The position numbers and the translations under genes are program-made. A stretch of DNA of 64,000 bases from Adineta vaga. Taxonomy: Eukaryota > Animalia > Rotifera. Where the stretch lies: positions 186,001 to 250,000 of the forward strand of contig CP075494.1 of assembly GCA_021613535.1 (NCBI GenBank), in the 5' to 3' direction. A model generated the notes under the pieces. The model ran no database searches and had not been told where the DNA came from. It saw only the letters and a program-made list of their open reading frames with translations. Numbering within the stretch: the first letter of the stretch is position 1; each line of letters starts with the position of its first letter. Of the stretch, positions 38,110 to 50,789 are shown in pieces.

Positions 38110-39866
38110 TTAATGAAACTAACATAAATTTAGATAGGGTCGAATATGATCTATTAAAACTCGGCCCTAAATATATACCTGATAACCCTCATCTTGCACA
38201 TAAACGTATGAATAATGAGATAGATGTGGTTATGAGAAAAATAAATAAGATTTTTGGTGAACATGGATGGATATTACCTGTTCAACGTTTTGAATTCTTT
38301 AAAGATTCATTAACACAGATATTGACTAATTGTCATAATAAATATCTTCCATCAGATCATTTAAAGATAATCAAAAATCTAGAAAGAAAGTTCGAAGCAA
38401 CGAAAACAATCATCAGAAAGACAGATAAATCAAAAGTTTTTCATCTCGGTACAACTGATGATCATATATTTAAAGCTCGAACATATATGATAAAAACAGA
38501 TGCATATCAAGATTTAGAAGGAATAAACCCACTTGATGCATTAGTTAAACGTACAAATGAATTTCTATATGCTCTATGGGTTAATAAACATATAACCCAG
38601 AAACATTATGAAAACCTAAAAGTACAACGGGAAGAAGCAGAATTAGCTCACCTGTATTTTTTGCCAAAAGCACATAAACCTAATACACCATTAAGACCCA
38701 TAGTAGCTGGAATGAAATCACCAACTATAGGTATATCTAAATGGTTAGATGATTTATTAAGACCGTTATTCAATCAATTAGCTCTTGATATAGCAATTGA
38801 AAACGGTACTCAATTGATTAAGTCAGTTGAAAGATGGTCAGATAATTATCTCACATCATCAACTACATTCATATCTATGGATGTGACTGATCTTTACACA
38901 ATGATCCCGCAAGAAGGGGGAGTGGTAGCTATAAAAAGATTATTAGAAGAACATAATCTAAAACAAATTGACGGCATTAAGAAAGAAATTATCTTAGCTC
39001 TTACCAGATTTGTTATAACTAATAATTATTTCTATTTTGACGGGTCATATTACAAACAGATAAGAGGAGGCGCCATGGGTTCGCCACTCACCCTCACCAT
39101 AGCTAATACATATATGTATTTCGTTGAACGTCCCATTGCAAAATGGGCTAATAGAACGTTCTCATTATACTATAGATATATCGATGACTTATTCATCATG
39201 TCAAACATACATGAAGATATATTAAAAGGTCTTGTTAAATTCTGGAATAGAATTGATAAAAATATCGTTTTTTCTGAATCAATAGGAAAGAACGTTCAAT
39301 ATCTTGACGTAGAATTTGAGAACAGAGGAGGAAAACTAATATCAAAAGTTTATCATAAACCATCACATGAATTATATTTTCTCCCTTTCTCTAGTGTACA
39401 TGCACAACATATAAAAAGGAATATTCCTTTCGTTGCTCTCGTTCGAGCAATAAGATACTCTTCAAGTTATGATGATTACAAACTAGAAGAAGCGCATATA
39501 TGCATGTCATTGCTCTTAAACCAATATCCACTTAATTTCATTTTGAAACAATTTGAAAGAGTCTCGCAAGCTTTTCATTGTGCAGTTCCGACACAAAAGA
39601 ATTTCTTGCATATAAGAAAAACTTTTCTAAATGAAAAAAGAAATGAAAAAACAGAAAAGAAAATTGATTTCGAGGTCAACATAATGTGCCATTTTTCCTT
39701 TTGTAAAGGTATGAGCGAATTTACGACCAGTTTTCATAAACTCTGGAATGAATGTTTCTCGGATACACCAATTTGTAATAGGAAACCTATCGTTGGTTCT
39801 AGAAGATTAAACAATCTTCTAGATTATTTAGTACATAAAAAACCAAATAAAGTATTCCTAAAATAA
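38010..39866 (+). CDS. Second identical copy of the PLE reverse transcriptase
   Basis: Protein identical to that of 31730-33388; slippery heptamer at 38010-38016. Confidence 0.9.
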   Translation, partial: FFRRTQRQRDALRNTGSTKNESSITKGFHAPNIINETNINLDRVEYDLLKLGPKYIPDNPHLAHKRMNNEIDVVMRKINKIFGEHGWILPVQRFEFFKDSLTQILTNCHNKYLPSDHLKIIKNLERKFEATKTIIRKTDKSKVFHLGTTDDHIFKARTYMIKTDAYQDLEGINPLDALVKRTNEFLYALWVNKHITQKHYENLKVQREEAELAHLYFLPKAHKPNTPLRPIVAGMKSPTIGISKWLDDLLRPLFNQLALDIAIENGTQLIKSVERWSDNYLTSSTTFISMDVTDLYTMIPQEGGVVAIKRLLEEHNLKQIDGIKKEIILALTRFVITNNYFYFDGSYYKQIRGGAMGSPLTLTIANTYMYFVERPIAKWANRTFSLYYRYIDDLFIMSNIHEDILKGLVKFWNRIDKNIVFSESIGKNVQYLDVEFENRGGKLISKVYHKPSHELYFLPFSSVHAQHIKRNIPFVALVRAIRYSSSYDDYKLEEAHICMSLLLNQYPLNFILKQFERVSQAFHCAVPTQKNFLHIRKTFLNEKRNEKTEKKIDFEVNIMCHFSFCKGMSEFTTSFHKLWNECFSDTPICNRKPIVGSRRLNNLLDYLVHKKPNKVFLK

Positions 39867-40071
39867 TTTGCAAGCAAACCTACCCACATCTTCTTCTCGT
39901 TTCCTAAGTAAGAAGAAGAAATTAAAACAGAGTTTGAAAAACTAAGGGCTCATCTAGCCCTAGTTTGCATTGTCATGGGCTCTTCAAGCCCTAGCATAGT
40001 TCTTTGCATTTTTTCATTCCAAGTTTTTTCTTGTATTTATAATTTAATTAGAGTTTTTTTGTATATAAGTT

Positions 40072-40108
40072 CTGATGAAGTCAAGTCTTAACTTGACAGA
40101 AACTAGTC
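40072..40108 (+). ncRNA. Minimal hammerhead ribozyme core, copy 3
   Basis: CTGATGAAGTCAAGTCTTAACTTGACAGAAACTAGTC; predicted cleavage after C40108. Confidence 0.85.
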
Positions 40109-40313
40109 AATAAACTACATAAAACAAAACAACTCTTTTTTTTTCTTTTCTATCTCAAACATTTTATTCTTTGATAAATCGGTTATTTCTTTCGAACAGG
40201 AAATAACCAACTGCTTTCTTTTTCGTATAGTTGAATAATCTCCTTTTCTTTTGAATTCTAATCTTTTCTATATATTACAGCTTTTTTAAATGAAATTAAA
40301 GACTATATCATAA

Positions 40314-40439
40314 TCATTAGTTAGTGCTGAACTTAAGATAAGAATGAATGGTAATTATTCATGTAAACAATTTTATAAACATGTTTTAGCTGAAACTCAT
40401 TTGTTGAAACAAATTCGAAAAAATGGAAAATATGAATAA
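40314..40439 (+). pseudogene. C-terminal remnant of hAT transposase
   Basis: SLVSAELKIRMNGNYSCKQFYKHVL...LLKQIRKNGKYE* resembles the C-termini of hAT transposases and lies inside the right TIR. Confidence 0.6.
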
Positions 40440-41622
40440 TAATATTCAATCGATGCTATGTAAACTTCAACTGTTTTTGATGAAATCTCATAACTTGTAT
40501 AATAATATTGTGATTTATTTTTGTATTTTTTTGTGAACCAGTTTTTGTTTAGCGAAAGAATCCGACACTAAGTGTCTTCATTTGTTCTTTCTTGTTACTT
40601 AAACAGTATACTCATTGTATTTTTTTTTATCATAGTGGAATATCTTTGAAAATAAATTATGAATTAATAAACCACAGCTCAATAGAGAATTTTATGAAGA
40701 CCATAAAATACAATTATCGTCAGATTCTTTCAAAAAATACCCTTTCTGATTTTTTTCTGATTTCGTCAAAAAATCTTCTGACGACTTTCTGATTTTGAAA
40801 AAAAAATTTCTGATTTTTCATTTTTTCATCTGGCAACCCTGGTAAACATATCGTTCCATTCTTCGTAATTCTGTCTTATATGCTCAAAGTATGGAAATAG
40901 TGAATCTAAAAGAATCTTTTTACTAGAAAAAGAAGTTCGTTTTGAAGAAAGATAAAGACAATATTCTTACTTGTTACTATGTTTGCTCATTTTCTGATGA
41001 AAAACTTTGAATGTAAAATATTTCTTTGTTCTATGAGTTCTCGCGTGAAAAATAGAAAAACGTGGAAAAATGCCAGTTTTCATTCTATTATTTTTTAAAA
41101 ATATATTATTCAATCACGCGAATATTTTTCTCTTTAAAAATATAACTTCTTCTTTTCCCGTTGATTGAATATAGTTATAAAAAGCTGAAATGTGTGTGTG
41201 TGAGGGTGTGGGTGGTTGTGGGTGTGGGTGTGATTGCTTCATGTTAGTTTACACCCACACCCACCCACACTCTCAAGATGCGTGTCAACAATAAGGTGCG
41301 TAGAAAAATACATGTGGATGTGGTATCATTTTTCGTTCTTTGAATTGAAGGTGCATGAGTTGCAAAAGTGGCGTTGTATGTCTCTCATAGCCGTTGTTCT
41401 GTTATTCTCTCTTGACTCATATTGATCTTTCTCGCTCAAGAGCTGAGAAAAGAAAAGAAAAGAGAAGAATGATCTGATAACTGCCCCACTCTTTGACTCA
41501 TTGTATTCCATTCTCACCAGCAGCCGGAAAAAACGAACATCTCACGAGAGAGAAAAACTACCAACCTGTATAATAACGCGATAAAAGACATTATTACCTT
41601 CACTTTACTTTTGTGACCTGCA

Positions 41623-42702
41623 ATGGCTTTTCTCCAACGACCTTGGCAACGCGCAAAGGGAATTGAATGGATGTGGCAATCGAACGAGAATCCATTCGAT
41701 CTATCGCAAAAATCAGAATGGAAGAGTTATTCAGATGTTGAAACTATAGTCATAGAAGAAGCGTATCAGAAGAAACAGTCAGCAGTGTTGCTCGATCAAT
41801 ATCATATTAATTTAGAACAACTTATTCAAGTTTCGAATATCGATGAGAAAAAACAACGGCCCGTCAAACGAATTGCTCTGAGTACTGCACAGTGGAGGGT
41901 AAGAAAAGAACGCTTTCTTGCCGATCCTATTGAACCTTCTAAACCGTTTTCTACAACCCGTTCGCATGATTTCCTTGTCGAAACAGTGGCATATTATAAC
42001 CTTTGGTACACCGATGAATCTCGTTTGCTCATAGAAAAAGCAGCAGAAGGACTTACCGTCGAAGGCAAACTGCTTGGTACAGAATGGGAAGGACGACAAA
42101 TGGCAGAACTGTTACTCCTCTACAAAGATTATTCTCGGGAAGAAATTGTACAAATGTGTGCCTATCTGTATTCGTTTGACTCATTTCTCTATCGAAAACT
42201 AAATGAAATCATGCGTCTTATTGAAGACAATTGCTATGAACATGTGTGGAAGAGTAAAGTACCCACTTTGGGTCCTTTCGCTTATCTGCTGAACTGTTTG
42301 GCTACAGGAATAAAGTATTCAATAGATTTACCGGTAGAATCCATGACAGTCTATCGTGGATGCAACCTGTCTGCGGAAGCAATTGAAAAATTCAAAGCAT
42401 TTCATACGGAACACCAGGCACATAATTATCATACATCATGGATTTCATTTTTATCGTTTACATCGACCAGCCGAAGTAGAGAAAAAGCAGAATTTATAGG
42501 TGGTAATGCACTCTTCATAATTAAAATTTGTACTCATTACGAAGGTTGTGATATTTCTCCATACTCGCGATTTGATGAAGAAGAGTTTCTTCTCATACCA
42601 ACATTCTCATTCTTGATTGTTTCATGTAATTACGACGAGCATGTTCATAAATGGATTATTGGTCTTGAATCAGCTAATTCTTTTCATAATTCGAGATGTT
42701 AA
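41623..42702 (+). CDS. WWE-domain mono-ADP-ribosyltransferase (R-S-E type)
   Basis: WMWQ...WKSYSD...IEEAY WWE domain; LYRKLN, VYRG, FTSTS, EEEFLL. Confidence 0.88.
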   Translation: MAFLQRPWQRAKGIEWMWQSNENPFDLSQKSEWKSYSDVETIVIEEAYQKKQSAVLLDQYHINLEQLIQVSNIDEKKQRPVKRIALSTAQWRVRKERFLADPIEPSKPFSTTRSHDFLVETVAYYNLWYTDESRLLIEKAAEGLTVEGKLLGTEWEGRQMAELLLLYKDYSREEIVQMCAYLYSFDSFLYRKLNEIMRLIEDNCYEHVWKSKVPTLGPFAYLLNCLATGIKYSIDLPVESMTVYRGCNLSAEAIEKFKAFHTEHQAHNYHTSWISFLSFTSTSRSREKAEFIGGNALFIIKICTHYEGCDISPYSRFDEEEFLLIPTFSFLIVSCNYDEHVHKWIIGLESANSFHNSRC

Positions 42703-43588
42703 TCACTTGTTTATATCAAAGAATGCCTAGAAAGTAGGATCTTATACTCAAGAAGGTAAAGAAGTGTAACTAAAATAAAATACGCCATTAGCCTGTTTGA
42801 AACTCTTGTTATGCTTGACTAGTAATAAAAACGGCATTGCTGTCACTACTTATCATTAGTGTCTGTTCTTTGGGTATGGGTGGGTGTGGGTGAAGGTGAA
42901 GAGAAGAGTATTACCCACACCCACTCACCCTTCTCAAAGTTGCAAAGGAACATTTCGAACTGTCTGCTCGATATCTACTACTTTTTCATCAGGTGTTAAT
43001 TTTACTGCTTCACAATTTTTTAATCGAATTAATAAATCGTCTGTATTACAAAAAGTCAAATGTGAAGTGAATAAAAATAATCTTCATTCCCCACAACATC
43101 ATAAATTCTTAAAAACCAATCAAAATATTGCAAACCCACGAGATTTATCGATGCTTACCATAACGGCCATTGAGAAGAAAGTGCTTGAAGCTTATGAATG
43201 TAATTAAACTTTATAGTCCATTAAAAGTCAAATAACTTTCATCGAATGGTCGAATAATATCGATTTCAGTAGTGAGTGACATCATCTCACGATATATGGA
43301 TAGATTTTGGTCTACCGAACTTGGTGATATCAATAGTTTGAGTGTGAAATTAGATAACGAATCGGACAATCTTGAGGGTGGGTGTGTGTGTGTCTTTATA
43401 TAAAAGAAATCCACATACACTTCCACCCACACCCACACCCACCCACACCCACACCCACACCCACACCCACACCCACCCTCAAGATGGCAATAACTTGTTT
43501 TTTTTATACACTTGAATTACATTGTTATATCGTTACAATTCGACAGAATCACAAATTTTTTATATTTATTTTAAAATGTCATCTCAAT

Positions 43589-44399
43589 CTACTTTTGTTT
43601 GTCATTAAAAAATCTATTAAAATTGAACTGAATTGTACTTTTTTCTCGAATTAATTGCATAGTTTCAACTCCATTACAATTTTTTGATTGACAATCAATA
43701 AATGAACGATCATTGGATGTTCGATCAGTCATATTAAATTCAATATGACGAATTAAAGATAATGTACGAAGACGATCAGTAAAACAACCAGCACACATTC
43801 GATTTCCTTTTGAATCTTGCATATATTTTGTTGAACATAGTTTACAATTTGTTGGATCAACTGGTATTTCTACATAACAGGTATCACTAGATGTTTTATT
43901 TGAAAACATCAAACACCAATGACCATCAAATGGTTCAACTGGTATTAATCGATCTTTAATATCAATAAATTGATCATTAATAGTTAATGAATATAATAAA
44001 CGTTTAAATGTATTCATATCATTACATCGATCAGTTGAACAATAATAAGTAAATGAATGTTGTAATTTTTGTTGTTGTTCTACACGACTAAGATCGACAA
44101 AAGCACTAAGAATATGTTCAGATGAGAAGAAAGAAGAAAGAAGAAGAAGAAGACATTTTTATTCCATCACCAATTGATCTGACATAAATTCCCGTTTGAT
44201 TTGAAGTCAATAGCCATCGTAAACTAATATAACACATATCTTGATTACTTTTTATTGGACAATCACCAAACGCTTTAGGTATTGTATCAATCGTAACTAA
44301 ATAATTGTAAAAATCACGTACAGATGAACAATCATAACAAGATATTTTAGCAAATAATGAATGAAATAATGCAAATGCAATGAATACACGAAACAACAT
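43589..44399 (-). CDS. Secreted Cys-rich Ly6/three-finger-like protein, intron-containing
   Basis: Signal peptide, ISCYDC start, terminal C-x4-CN motif. Confidence 0.6.
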
Positions 44400-45192
44400 G
44401 TTTGATATTAAAATAATATTACCGCGAGAACAACATCAGAATATATATACACAGAATAGAGAATCTTATCTTTTAGATTATTTAAATAAATATTAAAACT
44501 AAAAGAAGATGAAACATAGATAAATATTCTCTATATCAAAATAACTCAAGTAATTGAAATGATGCACACAGCAGGTCCATCTTTTAGATTATTACGAAGA
44601 CACGAATATATCGAAAATTTTAAGATTAAAAATACTCAAGTTGAGTTACGCTTCCAATTACATTATATATGTTGACTCTTAACAAACAAATAGATTTTGC
44701 CAATAAGAAAATATTTGATAATAATGTTACGTTAGTTAATCTATATATAAGAAAAGAATTTGTATTTTTTTTTGTTTCTTTTGTTCTTGATCTAACGATT
44801 ATACAATGAGATTCGATTAAATAAAAATCTGAAGATTATTTACATTCTAATACATATCAATAGATTCTGATTTATAAATTGAGGGTGTGGGTGTGGTGTG
44901 GGTGTGGGTGTGGGTGGGTGTGGGTGGGTGTGGGTGGGTGTAGGTTGAGAGTATAGCCTGACCCACATCCATCCAATCACACCCTCAAAAAATATAACTA
45001 TAAGTAGGCGAACAGTCTCTTCACAATATCACATATAAATTTTTTTATTTGAATGAATTATTTTGTGGTTGCCAAAAATTTTTTTTATTGATATTGATAA
45101 TTCAGCATTGAATAGATAGATACGAGTCATTTTAAGAGTAGGTGAGCTACGGTATGTGTACATATTCGTTGTGAACAAGTCTATGCACACCA

Positions 45193-48100
45193 TTATGTTA
45201 TTGAACATTGACCTAGCCAGCCTGTTCTAGTTGCGTGACTGGATGATGTTGTATTTGTCGTAGCTGGTAACGTCCTTCTTGTAGCTGGTAGAGTATTGTT
45301 TATGATTGGTGGAGTGTTAGGTTGATTACCATAGGTAATAATTGCCACAGGTAAATTATAAGAATAAGACCAATCTTTTGGATTATTAACCACATGACAG
45401 AAGCCAACTTTAGTATAAACTTGAGTACAGTATAAAATAAAAGTAACAAGCATATGCCTGGTTCCATTTATTGTGTCTGCATTACAATAACCATGAGATA
45501 TAGCTGCAGTAACACCAAAATACTCGCCTTCGCCGTGTAGTTGACGCTGGCGAAGACGAGGATCGAATCCATCGGTACAAATTGCATCTATTGATGTTGG
45601 ATCTGTTCCATGAAAGGCAAAGAAACCATCAGCTAAATCAGGTACTGGTTCATTTTTGAGAACTTTTACACCTTCATAGAAACGATCCAATGACAAACAC
45701 TTTTCGATAAGATGTAAATTGGGTTTAAAATTAATGATCGGTGGTAAATCAGGTGTCCAGTGTTTGCGTACATATCTTTCGCTCTCAAGAAACAGATTTT
45801 GAAGAAATCCTCCCATTTTACTGACCTGACTCTTTCGTTCAGCACATGTTCGTCCTTCATGAAGATCGTCATTAATTATATGACAAAGAGCGCAGACACG
45901 TTCTCCACAATTCACACATGTCTGATAACCTTTACTGCTTGTGACTAATCCATCACATTTGTTATTTGGACAAAATATTCGATCATCAACATGAGTTAAT
46001 AAATAATGTTGAAGCGATTGTTTGCATAATTGAGTGATTTCGTAAGGTTTATAAATCTCTCGTAAATCAGTAATATCGATGTTTGCCTTGCAATTAGTAT
46101 CAGGGCATTTCAATGGTAGAGTTTGTGCTAATAGAGTTGGAGTACAATGACAATAAACATGTCCACAAATACGGAATCTTCTGAAAGTGGTTGTTCGTCC
46201 ACAAAATGAACATTGTCGATTACTTTCGTCACAATTATTGTTAGCTGTGATTTTGGAGATCAACTGTTTCAATTCTTTTAAACATTCATCGGCAATAGTA
46301 ACTGATATTTGTGGTAGGCAGTAGATTACAATAGACTTTATCTTACGCATATAGACAATATAACAATCCTTTTCTAACCATTTCTGTGCCAGTTGATCCA
46401 ATTTTGTGCTTGCTGATTTGTGGGGTCCAAAAAAGTTAGCTAATTTTGAATTTAATTCGTAGACATGAAATCGACTGTCGAACTCATCTGAATAATCGGC
46501 AACTTTTCGCATGAGTTGACCTTGCTGAATTTGAGGACCTCTAATTTCGATCGTTGAATGCAATTCGTCTTTTTCTTCACCTGCAATATCTAGATTTAAT
46601 TCATGAGACCACATTTGAATTAATTTTTGTCGGAACAGTTCATCGAATAAATACTTTTGTCGATAGTCACTAATTTTGATAATCAAAGGTCGTGTAAGTT
46701 GAGCAAGCATGGCTGCTGCTGCAGCTGTTTTTGGTGGAGATGCACCACTGAAGACACAGCGAATAGCATTTCTTTCTAAGTCATATTGCTGGACTTTGGT
46801 ACCAAACTGTTTACAAATATTATACATCCATTGATCAAAATCGGGATAGATATCCGGCTGTAAGACTGTTACTATGGCTGAACTTTCCACTTGCCATGTC
46901 GGTTCTTTGTTAGGAAGGATATTTTCGAAAAGTTGCAATGCCATATCTTTATTTACGGCTGTTATACGAAAAGTTTGTGAAGATGTTGATTTACTCTCAA
47001 CGTTTCTAATCTTTGGTAAAATGGTCGTTGCTTGTAGCATGCGCGTTTTTGGATGGCGAATTTGGATTTTAATCCGTTGCTGACAGAGACCTGATCTAAG
47101 AATATTGCATGCATCTTGCTTTTCCTTTTCACTGACGAAAAATATTCGAGCAGACGAAGATCCCGTATCATCTATATTTCCTCGTTCAAGACTAACTTTC
47201 ACTGGATGAATTGGTCTAATTGCATTACGTATGAATGTTTCATCAGTATCTAATGGTATATCGCTTAAACAAATACTCGATTGAGACTGGCGAATTTTCT
47301 TGCCACATTCTCGGCAGTCGACTATGTATGAAGAAAATGTATCTGCTACTTGTTCAGCACTTATTACGTGACTCTTAGGTCGCGTACTTATGGTTAATTG
47401 ACGGCCCCACATATTTTTCGTATTCATATATGTCCTTGTGGTTGATGAAAAGAGTACTGAATTTTTTGGATGAATATAATATGATGGTATACGTTCTGAA
47501 GCTCGTTGAAAAGCCTCAATGGAATTAAAAATAATGTCAAATGGTAATGCCTCATATTCAACATTATTATTTCTGCCTGTACGCCTGTGGCTGGGTAGAA
47601 AATTATTCTTTTTAATATCTTGACGGTGGATGTCAAATTTTCTTTGAAGCCAATAATAAAGTTCGTCTATAGTATCACATGGTACATGTTGAAGATCGAG
47701 CCGCAATTGATCGTCTATCTTTTCAATGTTTGTACATATAAGACCACTTTTGAATGAAGCGCAAATGGGACCACAATGAAGTCTTTGTGTCTTCTCTAAT
47801 AATTCTGAGCGAACTTTTTCTAAGATTGATTGTAAAATTGGTTTAACAGTAGGCTCATCTGAATCCATACCCCAAATATTTAACTGACAGATAGTTTGAT
47901 CGTATTCATATACTACCCATTTGTACCAGGGTTGCTTACGATATTCATTGAATTTTTGACGTATTTTACAATTGACTAACCAACCTATGTTTTTTTCACT
48001 GAAGACAATACATATTGGTACAGAATTTAAATCCTGAGATGGTACTGGATGCAATACATCGACAAGATAATCACCTGCTGGCAGTTGAGTAATCGACATC

Positions 48101-50789
48101 GATACAAAATATTGATGACCATGATCGTGAAGTCGTTGCATAAATACGCTAGTATTAGTGATTTGTGCACATATATTACTATTGATTAGACGCACACCTG
48201 CGGCCGGTAGATGACAGACAAGAAGATGACCCAAATGTTCTGGAAAAAGCTCATAAAGATATTTTCCGATTATATCTCGTTCGTTATCCGTGGAAGATAT
48301 GTCCCTACCTACGGCTAGTTTCCATTTTAGATTCGTAATCGTTTGTATGTAAAATAGAACCGAATTATCAATGATTTGAAGGATTTTATTGTTTAGACCG
48401 TTCCTATTAGCATATTGTGCTCGACATGTTTTGCAAGCATCGAAATATTTTGAAACTGATTTATCGCATCTCAAACACTTTTTAGCTATTTGGTCGATAG
48501 TACCTGTCTCCTTCCAACGCTGATATACGTCACATAAATGAAACAAATCACTATCATATTGATGAGCACTCAGAGCCACGAGAGCACGAGCTTCATCTTT
48601 GGTTTCTTTTGTAACTCCACCCATGTAAAAAAGCGAACCTGGTGCTGACAGAATAGCAACGATTGTAGCAGTGCGAGTTAAAAGATACTTGCCACCAATA
48701 CCAGTATAGGCTTTGGCCATCAATGCACTAAAACGAGGATCAAGTGATAATTCGGAAAAGAGTTTGCCACGCATTGTTAACGTTTTATTACCATCAACGC
48801 AAGATAAACGAGTAAGTAAATCAAATGTATTCGTGATTAAATTCAAATCAGGTTGGTCAAGAAATGGAAAGGTTTTTGGATCGAGACCTAACCGTAATAT
48901 TTGAAGAATAGTTAAATCTAGGAAAGAACGAAGAATTTCAGGTTCAATATGTTCTCGTTTGAAGTCATTTTTATTGTAGAGACGTACACAATGACCATTA
49001 ATAGTTCGTCCTGCTCGACCTTTTCGTTGCTGTGCTGACGAAGATGAAATTTGTACAGTTTCTATAACTGTTAGACGACGTTTTATATCAAAACGAGCTT
49101 CTTTAGCCAGACCAGAATCGATTACGAGACGAACATTGTTTATAGTGAGCGACGTTTCCGCAACGTTAGTACAAAAAACGACCATTCGTCGTTTCCCATT
49201 TTCATCATCAAAGTTCAATACTTTATCTTGTTCTTCAAGTGACATCGATCCATAGAGTGGCAAAGCTACACAATCTTTTGGAATATCATGGCTAAAAAAT
49301 TTTAATGCTTGTTCAATATCACGTTGTCCTTGTAGAAAGACAAGTGTATGTCCTTCAAACTTGGGATAAAGCCGTCGTAATGTTGGAACAACATGTTTTT
49401 CGATTAAATTCTGATTACTACAGTTACTGGGTGGTGGAAGATATTCTTCAGATACATTATAGAGACGACCGGGTACTGTTAGTAGTTGACTCAATGAACA
49501 ATCGAAGAACTGCAAGAATTGAGTTGGATCGATTGTTGCCGAAGAAACAACAACGAAGAAGTCTTGCGAACGTTTCTTCAATAATGATTTGGCAATACCA
49601 AGCACTACATCTGTATTTAAGGTACGATCATGAGCTTCATCTACAATTAATACACGTACTTTGCTCAAATTTGGATCGAATTGAGTTTCACGAATGAGAG
49701 CAGCATCGGTCATAAACATGATACGAGTACCAGATACATAAGTATTTCTTTCATGACCTCCTCGTATTCGATAACCTACGGAATGACCTTCAGATTCACC
49801 ATCATACTCATTAGCTACTCGACGAGCTAATGACATAGCAGCAACAGCACGTGGCTGAGTACAAACAATAAGACCATCTCGGAAATATTCAGCTGCATAT
49901 TGAGGTAATTGAGTGCTCTTACCACTACTTGTTTCGGCTCTTACAATCAATACCCTTTCAGTCTTCAATCGTCGACAGAATTCAGTACATGAATTAAAAA
50001 TAGGTAAGTTTGCTCTCATGCGTTCTTTCATACGTTGTTCTAATGACCTCAATTTCTGTCGATCAGAATATGCATTTCCCAAAACTTCAGTATTTACTGA
50101 ACCAATATCGTCACATTGCATTTCATTATCAATTGAGTTCTGACGAAGTGAATCATTAACTGATGATTGGCGAGCTACCTTCCTTGGTGGTGATGTACTT
50201 GATCGTTGACTTCTTTTCTCATTATGTGAACGCATACTGTATCGTCTATGTTCATAGTCTTTCCCAGTAGAATTCCTCTGCACGTACTTGTTGGATATTC
50301 GCTCATTGTTTGTTGCAACAGAAGGATTTTCTAAAACAATAACAAATTAAAAATGAAATTCTATATGTTGATCATTTCTCAATTTAGGATACGACAGAAA
50401 ATGTCCTCCTGTCTCATAAGAGTTGATAGTATATATTTACGAGAATGATAATTTCTTTTGAGTTGTCGATCACGTGAATAATTAGATTCTGTATGCCAAA
50501 CTGAACTTGAGCTGTTGATCAGTTCTATATCAAAGTTCTCAGTGACTTTACATTTGATTCGATGTTTACTGTAGTACATTTTATTCCATTGAGAAACAAA
50601 CGTTCTCGCTTTTTGTTCATTATCAAATTTAATAATCCATGCGTAGCAACCATTTTGATCAGGTTGCTCATTTGGTATGATGACTCGATCTTTGACAACA
50701 TCAAAGTGTTTAGATATGTCCAAAATAGACACATTTTTCGGCAGATCGGTGATTTTTACACACCACCGATGTGTAGTTGTTTGTGCCAT
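45193..50789 (-). CDS. RRM + DEAH RNA helicase + RRM/KH-like + RING-IBR (RBR-like) + PARP catalytic domain protein, 2 exons
   Basis: SGKSTQ, TQPR, DEAH, SAT, TNVAETSLTI, QRKGRAGR; CGHVYC and FCPNNKC zinc fingers; FHGT...HGEGEYFG PARP motifs; upstream RRM exon 50440-50789. Confidence 0.88.

Larger units (their letters stand above)
31361..40235. mobile_element. Endonuclease-deficient Penelope-like retroelement (Athena/Terminon type): full unit on the - strand plus an inverted 5'-truncated copy
   Basis: Arms 31361-33970 and 37626-40235 are reverse complements encoding identical proteins; 3655-bp unique spacer; PLE-type RT with no GIY-YIG domain. Confidence 0.93.
31307..40841 (+). mobile_element. 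hAT deletion-derivative shell enclosing the retroelement
   Basis: TIR CAGGGTTGCCAGAT / ATCTGGCAACCCTG; TSD GTAAACAT at 31299-31306 and 40842-40849; TCTGA subterminal repeats at both ends. Confidence 0.9.

Noticed and set aside
39867-40235. GIY-YIG endonuclease or telomeric-repeat tract at the retroelement 3' end
   Set aside because: RT stops at 39866 with no downstream ORF, and only a single ACCCACA is present.
42884-43654. ORFs with MWVWV / PTPTPT sequences
   Set aside because: These are translations of the GGGTGT/ACACCC hairpin repeats.
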